From Octopus sinensis (taxonomy: Eukaryota): 64,000 nucleotides of DNA. How positions within the stretch are numbered: position 1 is the stretch's first letter; each line of letters begins with the position of its first letter. Below the pieces are notes generated by a model. The model saw only the letters and a list, made by a program, of their open reading frames with translations, was not told the DNA's origin and did no database searches. Of this stretch, positions 11,234 through 23,098 are shown in pieces. Where the stretch lies: positions 40,870,464 to 40,934,463 of the forward strand of contig NC_043011.1 in the NCBI RefSeq assembly GCF_006345805.1, written 5' to 3'. Position numbers and translations under genes: made by a program.

Positions 11234-11271
<38 letters not shown>

Positions 11272-11272
11272 C

Positions 11273-11311
<39 letters not shown>

Positions 11312-11312
11312 C
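10740..11312. repeat. Long compound (TA)n/(TACA)n microsatellite
   Basis: Direct reading. Confidence 0.95.
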
Positions 11313-11313
11313 A

Positions 11314-11476
11314 CTCGCAGGCGTGGCTGTGTGGTAAGAAGCTTACTTCCAACCACATGTTTCCGAGTTCAGTCTCACTACGTGGCACCTTGGGCAAGTG
11401 TCTTCTACTATAGCCTCGAGCCGATCAAAGCCTTGTGAATGGATTTGGTAAGCGGAAACTGAAAGAAGCCCACCGC

Positions 11477-11514
<38 letters not shown>

Positions 11515-11529
11515 ATATATATATATATA

Positions 11530-11616
<87 letters not shown>

Positions 11617-11939
11617 GTGAGGGCGCGTGGCTTAGTGGTTAGGGCATTCGGCTCATGATCGTAAGGTTGCGAGTTCGATTCCGGCGACGCGTTGTGTCCT
11701 TGAGCAAGACACTTTATTTCACGTTGCTCCAGTCCACTCAGCTGGCAAAAATGAGTTGTACTTGTATTTCAAAGGGTCAGCCTTGTCACTCTCTGTGTCA
11801 CGCTGATTATCCCCGAGAACTACGTTAAGGGTACACGTGTCTGTGGAATGCTCAGCCATTTGCACGTTAATTTCACGAGCAAGCTGTTCCATTGATCGTA
11901 TCAGCTGGGACCCTCGTCGTCGTAACCGGCGGAGTCTTT

Positions 11940-11976
<37 letters not shown>

Positions 11977-12175
11977 GTCTGTGTTTGTCTTACTAACATC
12001 GTTTGACAACTGATGTTGCTGTTTTTACGCCCCCGCCAAATTAGCAGTTCAACAAAGCAGGCCGACAGAATAAGTTCTAGGTTTACAAAGAAAAAGCCCT
12101 GGAGTCGATTTGTTCGACCAAAGACGTTGCTCCTGCATGGGTGCACTCAAATGACAGAAGCAAGTAAAAGAGTAC
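11314..12175 (+). mobile_element. SINE family B with a family C SINE nested in its (TA)n
   Basis: B 5' half 11314-11477; B 3' half 11970-12175. Confidence 0.8.
11619..11938 (+). mobile_element. SINE family C (tRNA head plus CORE-like tgtgtccttgagcaagacactt)
   Basis: A box tggcttagtggtt and B box gagttcgattcc; second good copy at 31130-31470. Confidence 0.85.
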
Positions 12176-13199
12176 ACTTATGCATATATAGATACATGTA
12201 TATGCTTATACATGCGTGCATACACACATGCAAATAAACGCACTTATTTCAATATTTAAACGCTTACGTACCTACCTGATTACAAATAGTACTTGGGAAC
12301 GTAAGCCGATACGTATGTATACACACATTTCTACACACACACACACATACAACACACATATAGAATCACTTCCATACAGTATATGTAAATATATGCGTAC
12401 ACTTATAGATATAAATACATACATTATATATATCTATATGATATACACATGCGTACGTGTATACTTGTATAAGAACGTATATAGAAACTTGCATATATTT
12501 AAAAATAAGATTTAAAGTAAAAAACTTAAAACAGTTATTTTTTTAGCTTTCATATCTGATACCAATGCCACTGCTACTGCTGCTGTTACTATTATACTAC
12601 TACTACTGTTGCTGCTTGAATTATTAATTGGCTGGTTATTGTTTTGAATACAATAGATGGGATGAATCTTTCATTTAAGATGGCTGGCATATTCATGTCG
12701 CACTGCTGCTCACCAGACGTAAATGACATAGGACAACATGACGGGATTGTACGTTAGCATCATTATCATCAACAACTACAACAACAATAACAACAACAAA
12801 ATCAGCATGAGGAAAACATCGATGACAAATGGATTATCTTTGGACGTATGTATGCTGGACTAGGAATGGTCTGGGTCTAAATATTATCATCAAACAATAT
12901 AAAAAATGGCGTCTGACACAATAATAAAGATCGCAATATTTGGAGGAAAAGAAAAAAGAGAAAACGTTAGCTCCAAATTAATGACTTATGGAAGCAATCA
13001 AAATTACAATATTCTTTTCTCTTCTTCGTGCCACGACCTCAATCTAGATTTATGTAATTTTTCCATGCAAAATCTTTGGGTGTACTGGGTCATTTCGTCA
13101 TTCGTGCTTCGTGGAATCACTGCAGGAAGGGGTGGGGGATTTTTTCTTTCAAAATTCAGTGACTCTCATTTAGATAACCCAATTACTGTTTATCCATCC

Positions 13200-13600
13200 C
13201 CATCATATGTCAAGTTGACACTGCCTGGGATAACATTTCCCTTCCAGGCCACAATCTTCTTGGTCCAAAGTCACATACAAGCAACATCTGATGCTTTCGT
13301 ACTTAACTTAACGGCCTTCTGCCTACTGGCCCTTGTGATGTTCAGTATGTCGCAGGGTCTATAGAGGGACAAGTCTGTGAGCCATCTGCATCCCATATGA
13401 ATTGGACCACACATTGTTCATCATCCCTTGTTGCGACATAATAACACCAGCTAAGCGAATTTCAACGCCTCCTCGTTTGCTTCTTCAGTACAATCCTTCC
13501 ATGAAATGGAGAGTTTTTTCAGAACCAAATGCTTGAATTCTTCCGAGATCGTATCGTGTCAGGTCTTGGCAAACTGTGGTATCAGCAACTGCAACAATAA
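13200..13600 (-). mobile_element. Decayed Hero/R2-like RLE non-LTR retrotransposon 3' end
   Basis: RPD..L.ISWKDCTEEANE..KFA.L..CRNKG....PIHMGCR....SL....LNITRASRQKAVK....LWTKK resembles the Hero C-terminus (RPD..ELTVPWE..EEA.ERK..KY...P.EVGCRG..WLW). Confidence 0.65.
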
Positions 13601-13739
13601 AATACCAAGTGCGACGAGAGTGAACAATATAATAATAGTTTCACATTTCGGTACAAAGTCAGCTAACCTTTCTAATCTTAGCATAAGGCCAACTAAGCTT
13701 TCTAATTTTGATCAAGGCCAGCAATTCTGAAGGGAAGAA

Positions 13740-14300
13740 GAAGTTGATTGCATCGAAACCAATTCTCCCCTGGTACTTACTTTATCGATCCCGAAAGGAG
13801 AAAAATAAAAACAAAGAAAAAATTTGTTGTCGGTGAGATTTCATGTCTCAGAACGTGAAGTATCGGAAGAAATACCACAAAGCATCTAGTCCGATATATA
13901 AACGATTCGATTAGCTCGCCACCTTAATTGGGGAGTATAGTAATTCTTTCTATTAATAATTTAGGCATAAAGACTGACATTTTGTGTAAGGGGTCCTATC
14001 GATTATATGAATGCCGGTGCATAATTGATACTTATCTAAGCGAACCCGAAAGACGACCACAGCGAATTCAGAACACAGAGACGGACGAAATACCACGAAG
14101 CCTTTTGGCCGGCGTGCTAACCGTTCTGCCAGCTTGCTACCTTAATATGGTATGTAATGATGGATTCCAGTTTTTGCACAAGGCCAGCAATTTCGAGGAA
14201 GAGAGTAAGTTGGTTACAGCAACCCCAGTACTCAACTGGAACCATTTTCGTTGACAACTCCGAAAAGATGAAGGGCAAAGTCAATCCCGGTGGCACTTTA
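13740..14300 (-). mobile_element. Degraded SINE family A cluster
   Basis: Several diverged copies of the atcgacccgaaaggatgaaaggcaaagtc and cagaacgt..gaaatacc motifs. Confidence 0.65.
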
Positions 14301-14724
14301 ACACAGAATGTAAGCTCAGAAGAAATACTGCCTTAGTGAGGCGTATAGTAATAATTGAATAGAGTTGTTAAAGAAATGTTCTACAGCATGATTGCACTGT
14401 CCCAGACATTACGGTTGAGAGATAGAAGTACTTTAACAACCATTAATAAAATTACTAGACTTTGGACAGTATCATCGTTGATAAACGATCTAGGTAATAA
14501 ATACGAAATAATCAACCAACCAACTAATTGGCAAGTAAACACTTGTTTGGGAGTGTTGCGATCGTAATCATAGGATAGTGGTTTCGATACCTAGGCAGGG
14601 CAATACGGTGTGTTCATGAGAAAACCACTTTATTTCACGTCGTCTCGGTTTACATCCTGCTGAAAATGAGTGGTAGTCGAGCGATAGTGCAACCCTTTTT
14701 CACTTCTGCTGTCACATCTTAGAC

Positions 14725-15336
14725 CAGTGGTTCTCAGCCAGGGTCCATATAAGATTTTGGTGTTAACATTTTTTTTTTGCCTTAAATTGTTTATTCTTCT
14801 GAAATACACATAATGCCTTAACAATCTTGTTTATACATTTCCTAATAATATTTAATTATAAAAATATTATTATTAAATATTATTAGGAAATGTATAAAAA
14901 AATTGTTAAGGTATTTTGTGTATTTCAGAAGCATAACCAATTTAAGACAAAAAAAAAATATTATGGAGGCGCAATGGCCCAGTGATTAGGGCAGCACACT
15001 CGCGGTGTGTGTTCATTGAGCGAAAACACTTATAGCTCAACGAGGCTCCGACAGCGGGTGGTGGCGATCCCTGTTGTACTCTTTCGCCCCAACTTTCTCT
15101 CACTCTTTCTTCCTGTTTCTTGAGTAACATTGCGATGGACTAGTGTCCCATCCAGCTGGTGGGAACACATAAGCCACAGAAACCGGGAAACCGGGCCCAT
15201 GAAAAGGCTGGAAAAGGGCGCGTAAATAAATAAAAATATTATAGAGTTTTTAAAACTCTATAATGGCTATGAGAGTCTAGGAGAGTAAAAAAGCAATCAA
15301 AGAGGTCCATAGGCAAACGATTGCTGAGAAACGCTG
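14725..15336. mobile_element. hAT-type MITE with an internal palindrome and a nested SINE
   Basis: TIRs CAGTGGTTCTCAGC / CAGCGTTTCTCAGC; 8-bp TSD tcttagac/ttttagat; internal inverted repeat ~14770-14960. Confidence 0.7.
14963..15215 (+). mobile_element. SINE family D
   Basis: ggaggcgcaatggcccagtg head; body matches 57490-57660 on the minus strand. Confidence 0.75.
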
Positions 15337-16308
15337 TTTTAGATGTTATGCAAGGACAAAGTGTCCATATTTGTATCTAAAACAATCATCAGGAGGCATA
15401 GTATAGGTTGGCTCGAAAGTCTTGTCCCCACCTATCGAAAAGTACTAAGAACAATAAAGGGACAATATAATAATATCAAACACATGTACTGGTTGTAATA
15501 TATTTATTTTCATTGATACTGACATGAACACCATCGATTTCGTGGCACAGAATGATGCGGTGCCATGTCCCGTGTGTTATTTTACGAAACTGTTGGTGTC
15601 ATACGGACTTTCTCGATGTGTGACAGTGTTAGCGTCAATGCAAGGGAATATACTAAAATCAGTATATGTGTTAGATTTTGTTACATTGTTCCTTTCGGGT
15701 CACCCTATATATTTTGACATTTCGAACTCACTTGCAAATGACGTTTGTACTTAAAAAAGAGGTGCGGGAAACCACTTTATTTTGATAAAAGTCTTTATGT
15801 ATTGCCTTGCTATGGTGGATTGAAATAATCGCTGGAATACCGGACAAAATGTCCAACGGTATTTTTCCGGCACTTTACGTTATGAATTGAAATTTCATAG
15901 GGGTCAACTTTGTCTTTTATGCATTATGCATCTGAAATCGATAAAATAATACACCACTTCAGGATTGAGTGAACTTGTAAACTAGTGAACCTGTTGGTGC
16001 GTTGGACAAAATGTTTTGCGGTATTCTTCCGGAATTTGGCGTTGGCGTGTTTATGTCCCCGTAACTTAGCGGTTTGGCAAAGAGACCGTTACTAGGCTTT
16101 AAAAAAAACTAAGTCCTGGGGTCGAATTGTTCGACCAAAACACTTCAAGGTGGTGCTCCAGCATGGCCGCAGTCAAATGAGTGACATAAGTAAAAAAGTA
16201 AAAGAGTAGAAGCGTATGATAGGGAAAACTCGGTAACTAACATCTGTTACCAATGCACAGATACAGTTGTGTCTGTGATTAAAGCCTGTTCATTCTATCT
16301 ACATTCCC

Positions 16309-16358
<50 letters not shown>

Positions 16359-16433
16359 ATGCATATACATATATGATTGTGTGCATGTGTATTTATGATG
16401 TATATATATGATATATACATATGTATGTATGCA

Positions 16434-16521
<88 letters not shown>

Positions 16522-16523
<2 letters not shown>

Positions 16524-16716
16524 GATGCATGAACTTCAGAGAAATATATCCTGCGTATCACATGTGAGTACAGGACAGGACTTTGAAATAAAACCAAGAA
16601 GTTCCAGACACCCAGCTGAATACTTGACAGACACTGACTTTGCTGACGACATCGCTCTTATCAGTGATTCTCTCTCCAATCCCCAGTCTCTTTTACAATC
16701 TCTCGAACAAGACTGA
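16522..16716 (+). mobile_element. RTE/RTE-X LINE reverse-transcriptase fragment
   Basis: PRSSRHPAEYLTDTDFADDIALIS; FADD motif at 16639-16650. Confidence 0.75.
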
Positions 16717-16947
16717 ATATATAAACATGTGCCTGTCCAACAGTATATATATATATATACATCAATCATAAGGGCATACAAATGTGCTTATGATTGATAT
16801 GAATTTTAATTCTATAGCTGTATAATGCTATTTTAGGCTTGCAACCACTAATATTATTGTTGTTGTTATTATCAACTATTTATATTATCCTGGATAATAA
16901 TAACAATAATGGACTAGGTGGAGCAGGAGGATACACGTGGAATGAAA

Positions 16948-16992
16948 GGGTCACTGAAGAGGTCACAAACGTGTGACGAAAGATTTCAAGAC
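16948..16992 (+). ncRNA. HHR-like motif with damaged stem I
   Basis: CTGAAGA-G-GTCACA-aacg-TGTGAC-GAAA-GATTT-C^aagac. Confidence 0.5.
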
Positions 16993-18615
16993 AATGGAAA
17001 CAACATAAAATAAGAACAATACTAAACGGGTGCAGAACGAATATAGAGCGCGTGTGTTTATTTGGTCCGAAGAAGAAAAAATGGAAAGAAAATGACTATC
17101 CTGAAATACAATATATAGCTACGCAGCCAGGAGGTAAAATTGTAAAATTAATAGCAAAGAAAACAGAAAGAAATGTTTGGAATTTATAGAAATTCTAATT
17201 TAGATTAATCAACCTTGAAAGAGATCTTGAAAGCTGCCAATATGGGGAAACTTTAGTTGTCAGAAGGAAATGGCAAGATAAAAGTAGAAAAGAAAGCAAA
17301 AAATTCGGGTCGGTAGTTAACGATTGCCACAGCAGCTCCATCTGTTGAATAAGGATAAAGTTTCGTATCGGATTCATTCCGAAATTTGACTGGAGAAAAG
17401 AAATACTACCGAAGATTGCGCTTGAGATTAAACCGCATAGCATAAACCAAAAACGTAAAAGTATTTGTAACAATAGTCTGATAATTGTTGTGGAAATAGC
17501 AAGATAAGAAAATACTGCGAAGAGATTTCATTGTTGGCTGATGTTAATAAAGAAATTAAGTTTTTCTATCGGCGCCAATGTATCAATGTAAGCCAACAAA
17601 TTTCTCAGTAGCAAGGAAATCGATAGAACAAGCTGGTTGATATTAGCAGAAACAAAGTTAATTCCCAAGGACAATACTACGGTAAATGGTAATGGACTAA
17701 CGGCCAACTGGCTTGGTATCAAAATAAGTGTTTCCATTGAGTTACTCACTGGTAAATGATAGCTAATATAAACCTTGTTAATGTGTCGCAGAGTAACACT
17801 TCGACAGTATTTAGTTGTCATTAAAAGTTGTAGTGAGCCGATGGCAAACTAGAGCTAACACAAGGAGCCAGTAAGTGGTCTCATATCCATCTAGAAATAA
17901 CAACCAAATCTTACTCAACTCATGACATTTTACATTATTAAAGTGAGTTAATAAATTGTCCTGGATGAACTATGCTTTCAGTTAAGATAGACTGATCATA
18001 GGTGGAGTGTATTTCATCATAGGTCTACTTGAGCTGAGCTGAGCTGACCGAGAGCTAAAATATAGCAACGACATATTTAGTCGATACTAACCTTGTTAGT
18101 ATGTCATATGAGATGAGATCCCTTCAACAGCATTTATTAATTAGCGCTCTCCTACCGTAATTTTCTTGCGGTGAGGCGCCGTATAGCACCGCGGGTCATC
18201 GTGCGGTGACTGGAAAAGCATAAGAGAGGTAAACTCTTAATTCAGCTCGCAGTGCCATCTGCTTAGTGTCTGTGACCGGTGAGGAGACAACTACTCCGAA
18301 ATGTTAACATCTCACAGTCTATGTAGGTGGCGCTGCGTGCTGACTTAGTTGCACACATATCAATTGTCTTCAAATGAGATATATTCTTGTGTAAGTAGCC
18401 TGTTCTCTGGTTCGAACGTGCATCAAGTACATTCGGACAATAACCATTGCAATTTCAATTATTACTGCTTAACGCTCCCCTCCTTAATTAACTATTTAGT
18501 TAATTAAACATTGTGGTCATTAAACATTGTGGACCCTTGGATGCAATATACAAACAAGAGCCAACGAAGGAAGTTCCAGCATGGTCTTATGGTCATGATT
18601 GTAGTCTCTCGTAGT

Positions 18616-18814
18616 AAGGCGGCGAGCTGGCAGAAACGTTAGCACGCCGGGCAAAATGCTTAGCAGTATTTCGTCTGCCGCTACGTTCTCAGTTCAAATT
18701 CCGCCGAGATCGACTTTGCTTTTCATCCTTTCGGGGTCGATTAAGTAAGTACCAGTTTGTTTGTCCTTGTTTGTCCTCTCTGTGTTTAGCCCCTTGTGGG
18801 TAGTAAAGAAATAG
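18616..18814 (+). mobile_element. Young SINE family A monomer with 15-bp TSD
   Basis: GTAGTCTCTCGTAGT at 18601-18615 and 18815-18829. Confidence 0.9.
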
Positions 18815-19204
18815 GTAGTCTCTCGTAGTCCGAGAAAAAACTGCCATCACTGAACGACCGTCACAAATGATTTGTTGCTAGAGATAAAATGTATGTATCA
18901 CACACTAGCTCACTTTGTGTGCACAGTGTACCACATGTTAGGTGTGAAGGTGATAGCAGAGCAGCATGTGACAAAGTGCTTTGCCTAAAAACACAACGCA
19001 CACTTCGTCCAGGATTTGAAACCATGATCCCACGTTCGTGAGTGAAACACACCATTCACCGGCCACGCACCGTCACACTTGTTATAACTAACTGGAAACA
19101 GTAGCTTAATCTCTCTCAATTCACAGCTTAATATCTTGTTATTGCTATCCATTATTACAGTTTTGAATATCTACATATGCATTGAAAAGATTCAAAAGTG
19201 GCTT

Positions 19205-19264
<60 letters not shown>

Positions 19265-19272
19265 ATATATAT

Positions 19273-19331
<59 letters not shown>

Positions 19332-19535
19332 ATATATATATGGTCTGCTCGCTTAGCCAGCGGGATGGCGCCATTTGAAGGCTAAAACAATGCGAAGTGG
19401 ATTGTGACCAGCGATGTGTAGCAACATCTGATATCCTTGTCGGTCACGGTGATATATATAGGGAGAGTTTACGAAAAGAACAAAAGACGTAGACAGGTGG
19501 TGTACAAAACAAACAGATCTATTAGTATAACGCTC

Positions 19536-19585
<50 letters not shown>

Positions 19586-19589
19586 TATA

Positions 19590-19880
19590 TGTGTGTGTGT
19601 ATATATATTTCTTTATTGCCCACAAGAGGCTAAACATAGAGGGGGCAAACAAGGACAGACAAAGTGATTAAGTCGATTACATCAACTCCAGTACGAAACT
19701 GGTACTTATTTATCGACCCCGAAAGAATGAAAGGCAAAGTCGACTTCGGCGGAATTTGAACTCAGAACGTAGTGGCAGACGAAATACCGCTAAGCATTTT
19801 GCCCGGCGTGCTAACGTCTCTGCCAGCCCAGTCCGGGAATCTAACCCACGATCTCGCGATCGTGAGTGCAACATCCTATC
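19590..19880 (-). mobile_element. SINE family A fused to another SINE head
   Basis: Family A body 19590-19828; different tRNA head at 19829-19880. Confidence 0.7.
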
Positions 19881-19888
19881 CATCTGGT

Positions 19889-20297
19889 CAGTGGTTGCCA
19901 AACCGGGGTCTGCGGGCCCCTGGTGGCCCGCAAATGTAGTATTGGGGGGGTCTGTGAACTAAATTTAAAATTTCGTATCTATGTATATATATATATATAT
20001 ATAATATTATTTACTTTATTTATTTATTTATTTACTTACTTTATATTAAAATTTTTTATGTATTGATTAAATCTCTCCTTGTTTGATTTGCAAAATAGTG
20101 GTTTTGTCTCGAATTAATATTATATAATATTTTACTATAAGATTGGATTTAATCCTAAATCTGATTTTTTTTCCCTGTAATTTTGGATTTATTCCCTAAT
20201 ATTTATTATTATATATATATATATATATTTAAAGATAAGCATATTCAAAAGGGGTCCGTGGGAAAACTCATTTAAGTAAAAAGGTTGGGAACCACTG
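19889..20297. mobile_element. hAT-type MITE
   Basis: TIRs CAGTGGTTGCCAAACC / CAGTGGTTCCCAACC; decayed 8-bp TSD catctggt/cactaggt; sister copy at 62377-62838. Confidence 0.8.
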
Positions 20298-20654
20298 CAC
20301 TAGGTCATTCACCCCTTATTATGTGTATACTTGAGACAAAACAACATGTTTTCCTATCGCTCTGGCATTCTACTGTTCAATTGTTTATTTTTCCCTATCA
20401 ACGTCAATAGATTCAAATCATGATATAAACAATAACTCTTAACACAGGCAAACAGCCGTCGAGAGACAAGTGATAATTAACAGCCGGTTGTCACTCTGAT
20501 ATTGATACATCCAAAATTACCAGATTAATTTCTTTCGATCTCTAAATTAAACACATTTGTTACTTTAATGTTATTGCCATTAAAAGGAATCGTATTTAAT
20601 ATCCTAGACGCAGAAGGATTAGATGGAGGGTTATTTATACAATGTTTTTAGATT

Positions 20655-20812
20655 AAATTGAGATGCAGCATGGAATGTTGTCAGTGAACATGGCGTCGTC
20701 GTCTCAAAGCGACGAAAATATTTTGAAAAATTAAATTTAAATGTTGAAGTAAATCTAAGGGTTTTTGTGTGTTTTTAAATGGCTTATTAGCATCTTCCAC
20801 GCTGCAATTGTT
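20655..20812 (+). mobile_element. Short inverted-repeat-ended element with a G3-C8 HHR-like motif (20677-20730)
   Basis: Homologous to 62528-62688. Confidence 0.6.
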
Positions 20813-21544
20813 ATTTTTTTTTTTTTTTGCCTTTCCAACAAATCGAGTCTGCAAAACTGATTATTTTCACACCTGAAGCTAATTTATATCACCTACACCA
20901 TTAACTTACTCGGTAGGGTGTTACACTTACAAAATCGAAAGATCGTGGTTTCAACTCCCGGATCGGGCGACGCGCTGTGATCTGAAGCAAAACACTTCAT
21001 TTTGCGTTGTTTTGCTTTCATTCTTTCATCTGCAAACGGATAAGGATTCGACTCGACGGACTGGCCATCTGTTCAGCAGTGGGGTGGCTGTGATATCAGT
21101 CACTTATGGAAATCGGGTAACCGGCTCTACGAGTCTAAGCACTGGAAATTAATGCTCAGAAAAGGCCTTTTAGATAGATACCACTAGATAACGGTATTAG
21201 ATTATTAATGATGACAGGTGATTTCCAAATCTAGTGCTTTGGTTTTGCTTCGTCCATTAGCCCAGAGAGTTTTTGTACCTGAATAAATCGTTTTCTAATT
21301 GCAGTATTTTCGTCATCCTGATCGAGACTGCCAGCATTTTTCTAGAATGAAACACGGAAACTTTGCTTCTGGGAGTTTTCTAATATCTCATAAAATCTGT
21401 CCGTTGAATGTCTGATAGAAGTGTCGCCTATTTTTTAAAATTTTTTCCTCAAATAGGGGAAGTGGAAATGGAACTGAGAAGGAATTCACGGAGCCAGAAA
21501 AGATACAGACCCCACTCCCATATATACACATTCTTTTATTCTTT

Positions 21545-21975
21545 TAAAGGTCAGGCCTGGAGAATATCATTCACTTGTTTCAGTCATTAGACTGCGACCA
21601 TACTGGGACACCGCCTTGAAGAACTTTAGTTGGACAAATAAACCCCTGCACTTATTCTTTTGAGTTTGGTACTTATTCTGTCTCCTTTGCTGAACCGCTA
21701 GCTTTCGAGAACGTAAACACACAAACACCAGTTGTCAAGCGGTAGTAGGGGAAGAAATCCATAAAGACATACAAACACACATGCACGCACGCACGCACGC
21801 ACGCACACACATGCATACAACGGGTTACTTTCAGTTTCCATCTGTCAAATACCTCTGAAGGCTTTGGCCGACGCGAGGCTTTAGCAGAAGGCACTTGCCC
21901 AAAGTGGATCGTTGTGGCAGTGAAAATGGGACCATGCGGGTGAGAAGCAGACTTCTTACCATTTTGCTACGCCGT
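21545..21975 (-). mobile_element. SINE family B, diverged full length
   Basis: Reverse-complement match to family B. Confidence 0.75.
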
Positions 21976-21995
21976 ATATTTATTATGCATTTAGA

Positions 21996-22420
21996 AAGGG
22001 CGGCGAGCTGGCAGAAACGTTAGCACGCCGGGCGAAATGCGTAGCCGTATTTCGTCTGCCGTTGCGTTCTGAGTTCAAATTCCGCCGAGGTCGACTTTGC
22101 CTTTCATCCTTTTGGGGTCGATTAAATAAGTACCAGTTACGCACTGGGGTCGATATAATCGACTTAATTCCTTTGTCTGTCCTTGTTTGTCCCCTCTATG
22201 TTTAGCCCCTTGTGGGCAATAAAGAAATAAGAAACGTTAGCACATCGGGCGAAATGCTTAGCGGTATTTCGTCTGTTTTTTCGTTCTGAGTTCAAATTCC
22301 GCCGAGGTCGACTTTTCGTTTCGGGGTCGATGAATTAAGTACCAGTTTCGTACAGGGGTCGATCTAATCGACTGGTCCCCGCCCCCAAAATTTCGGGCCT
22401 TGTGGCTACAGTTGAATAGA
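21996..22420 (+). mobile_element. SINE family A dimer
   Basis: The second unit starts at gaaacgttagc after aataaagaaataa. Confidence 0.85.
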
Positions 22421-22629
22421 TTATACATTTAGAAGAAGAGCGGTGACAGTAAATCCAATGGGTGCCAGCAGGCCGAAACTTCGAAGTTACTGTTACCTTC
22501 TTGTAAAAGTATGAGAGACATGTACTTTACACAAAAAATTATCGATTAATTGTGCAGTTTAATATTAAATGGTCTTTATTAAACTTGGCATCGAACAAAC
22601 ATCAACATATACTTAAAAACATTTTTATG

Positions 22630-22666
22630 TATGTATATATGAATTCACACACACACACTTACACAC

Positions 22667-22705
<39 letters not shown>

Positions 22706-22897
22706 CTCACACACTCATATGTAATTATATACGTATGTATATGTGTGTGTATGTATGTATATATATATATGTGTGTGTGTATGTATGTATATATATATGT
22801 ATATGTGTGTGTATGTTTGTATGCATGTATATGTATATATATGTATATGTGTGTATATGTATGTATATGTATATGTATGTATATGTGTGTGTGTATG

Positions 22898-22950
<53 letters not shown>

Positions 22951-23098
22951 ATGTATATATATGTGTGTGTGTGTGTGTATGTATATATATGTATATGTGT
23001 GTATGTATGTATGCATGTATATGTATATATATGTATGTGTATGTATGTATGTATGTATATATGTATATATATGTACATGTGTGTGTATGTATGTATAC
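22630..23098. repeat. (CA)n/(TG)n/(TATG)n microsatellite
   Basis: Direct reading. Confidence 0.95.

Noticed and set aside
11619-11700. tRNA-like heads (also 57590-57662 and others)
   Set aside because: They run into SINE bodies and lack a complete acceptor stem; not tRNA genes.
12906-13364. 152-aa plus-strand ORF
   Set aside because: Largely antisense to the Hero-like remnant; no recognisable domain.
13455-13492. CTGAAGA...GAAA on the minus strand
   Set aside because: Lies in retrotransposon coding sequence; stems I and II do not close on the core.
17195-17821. Two hydrophobic minus-strand ORFs
   Set aside because: No motif or splice support; expected by chance in AT-rich DNA.
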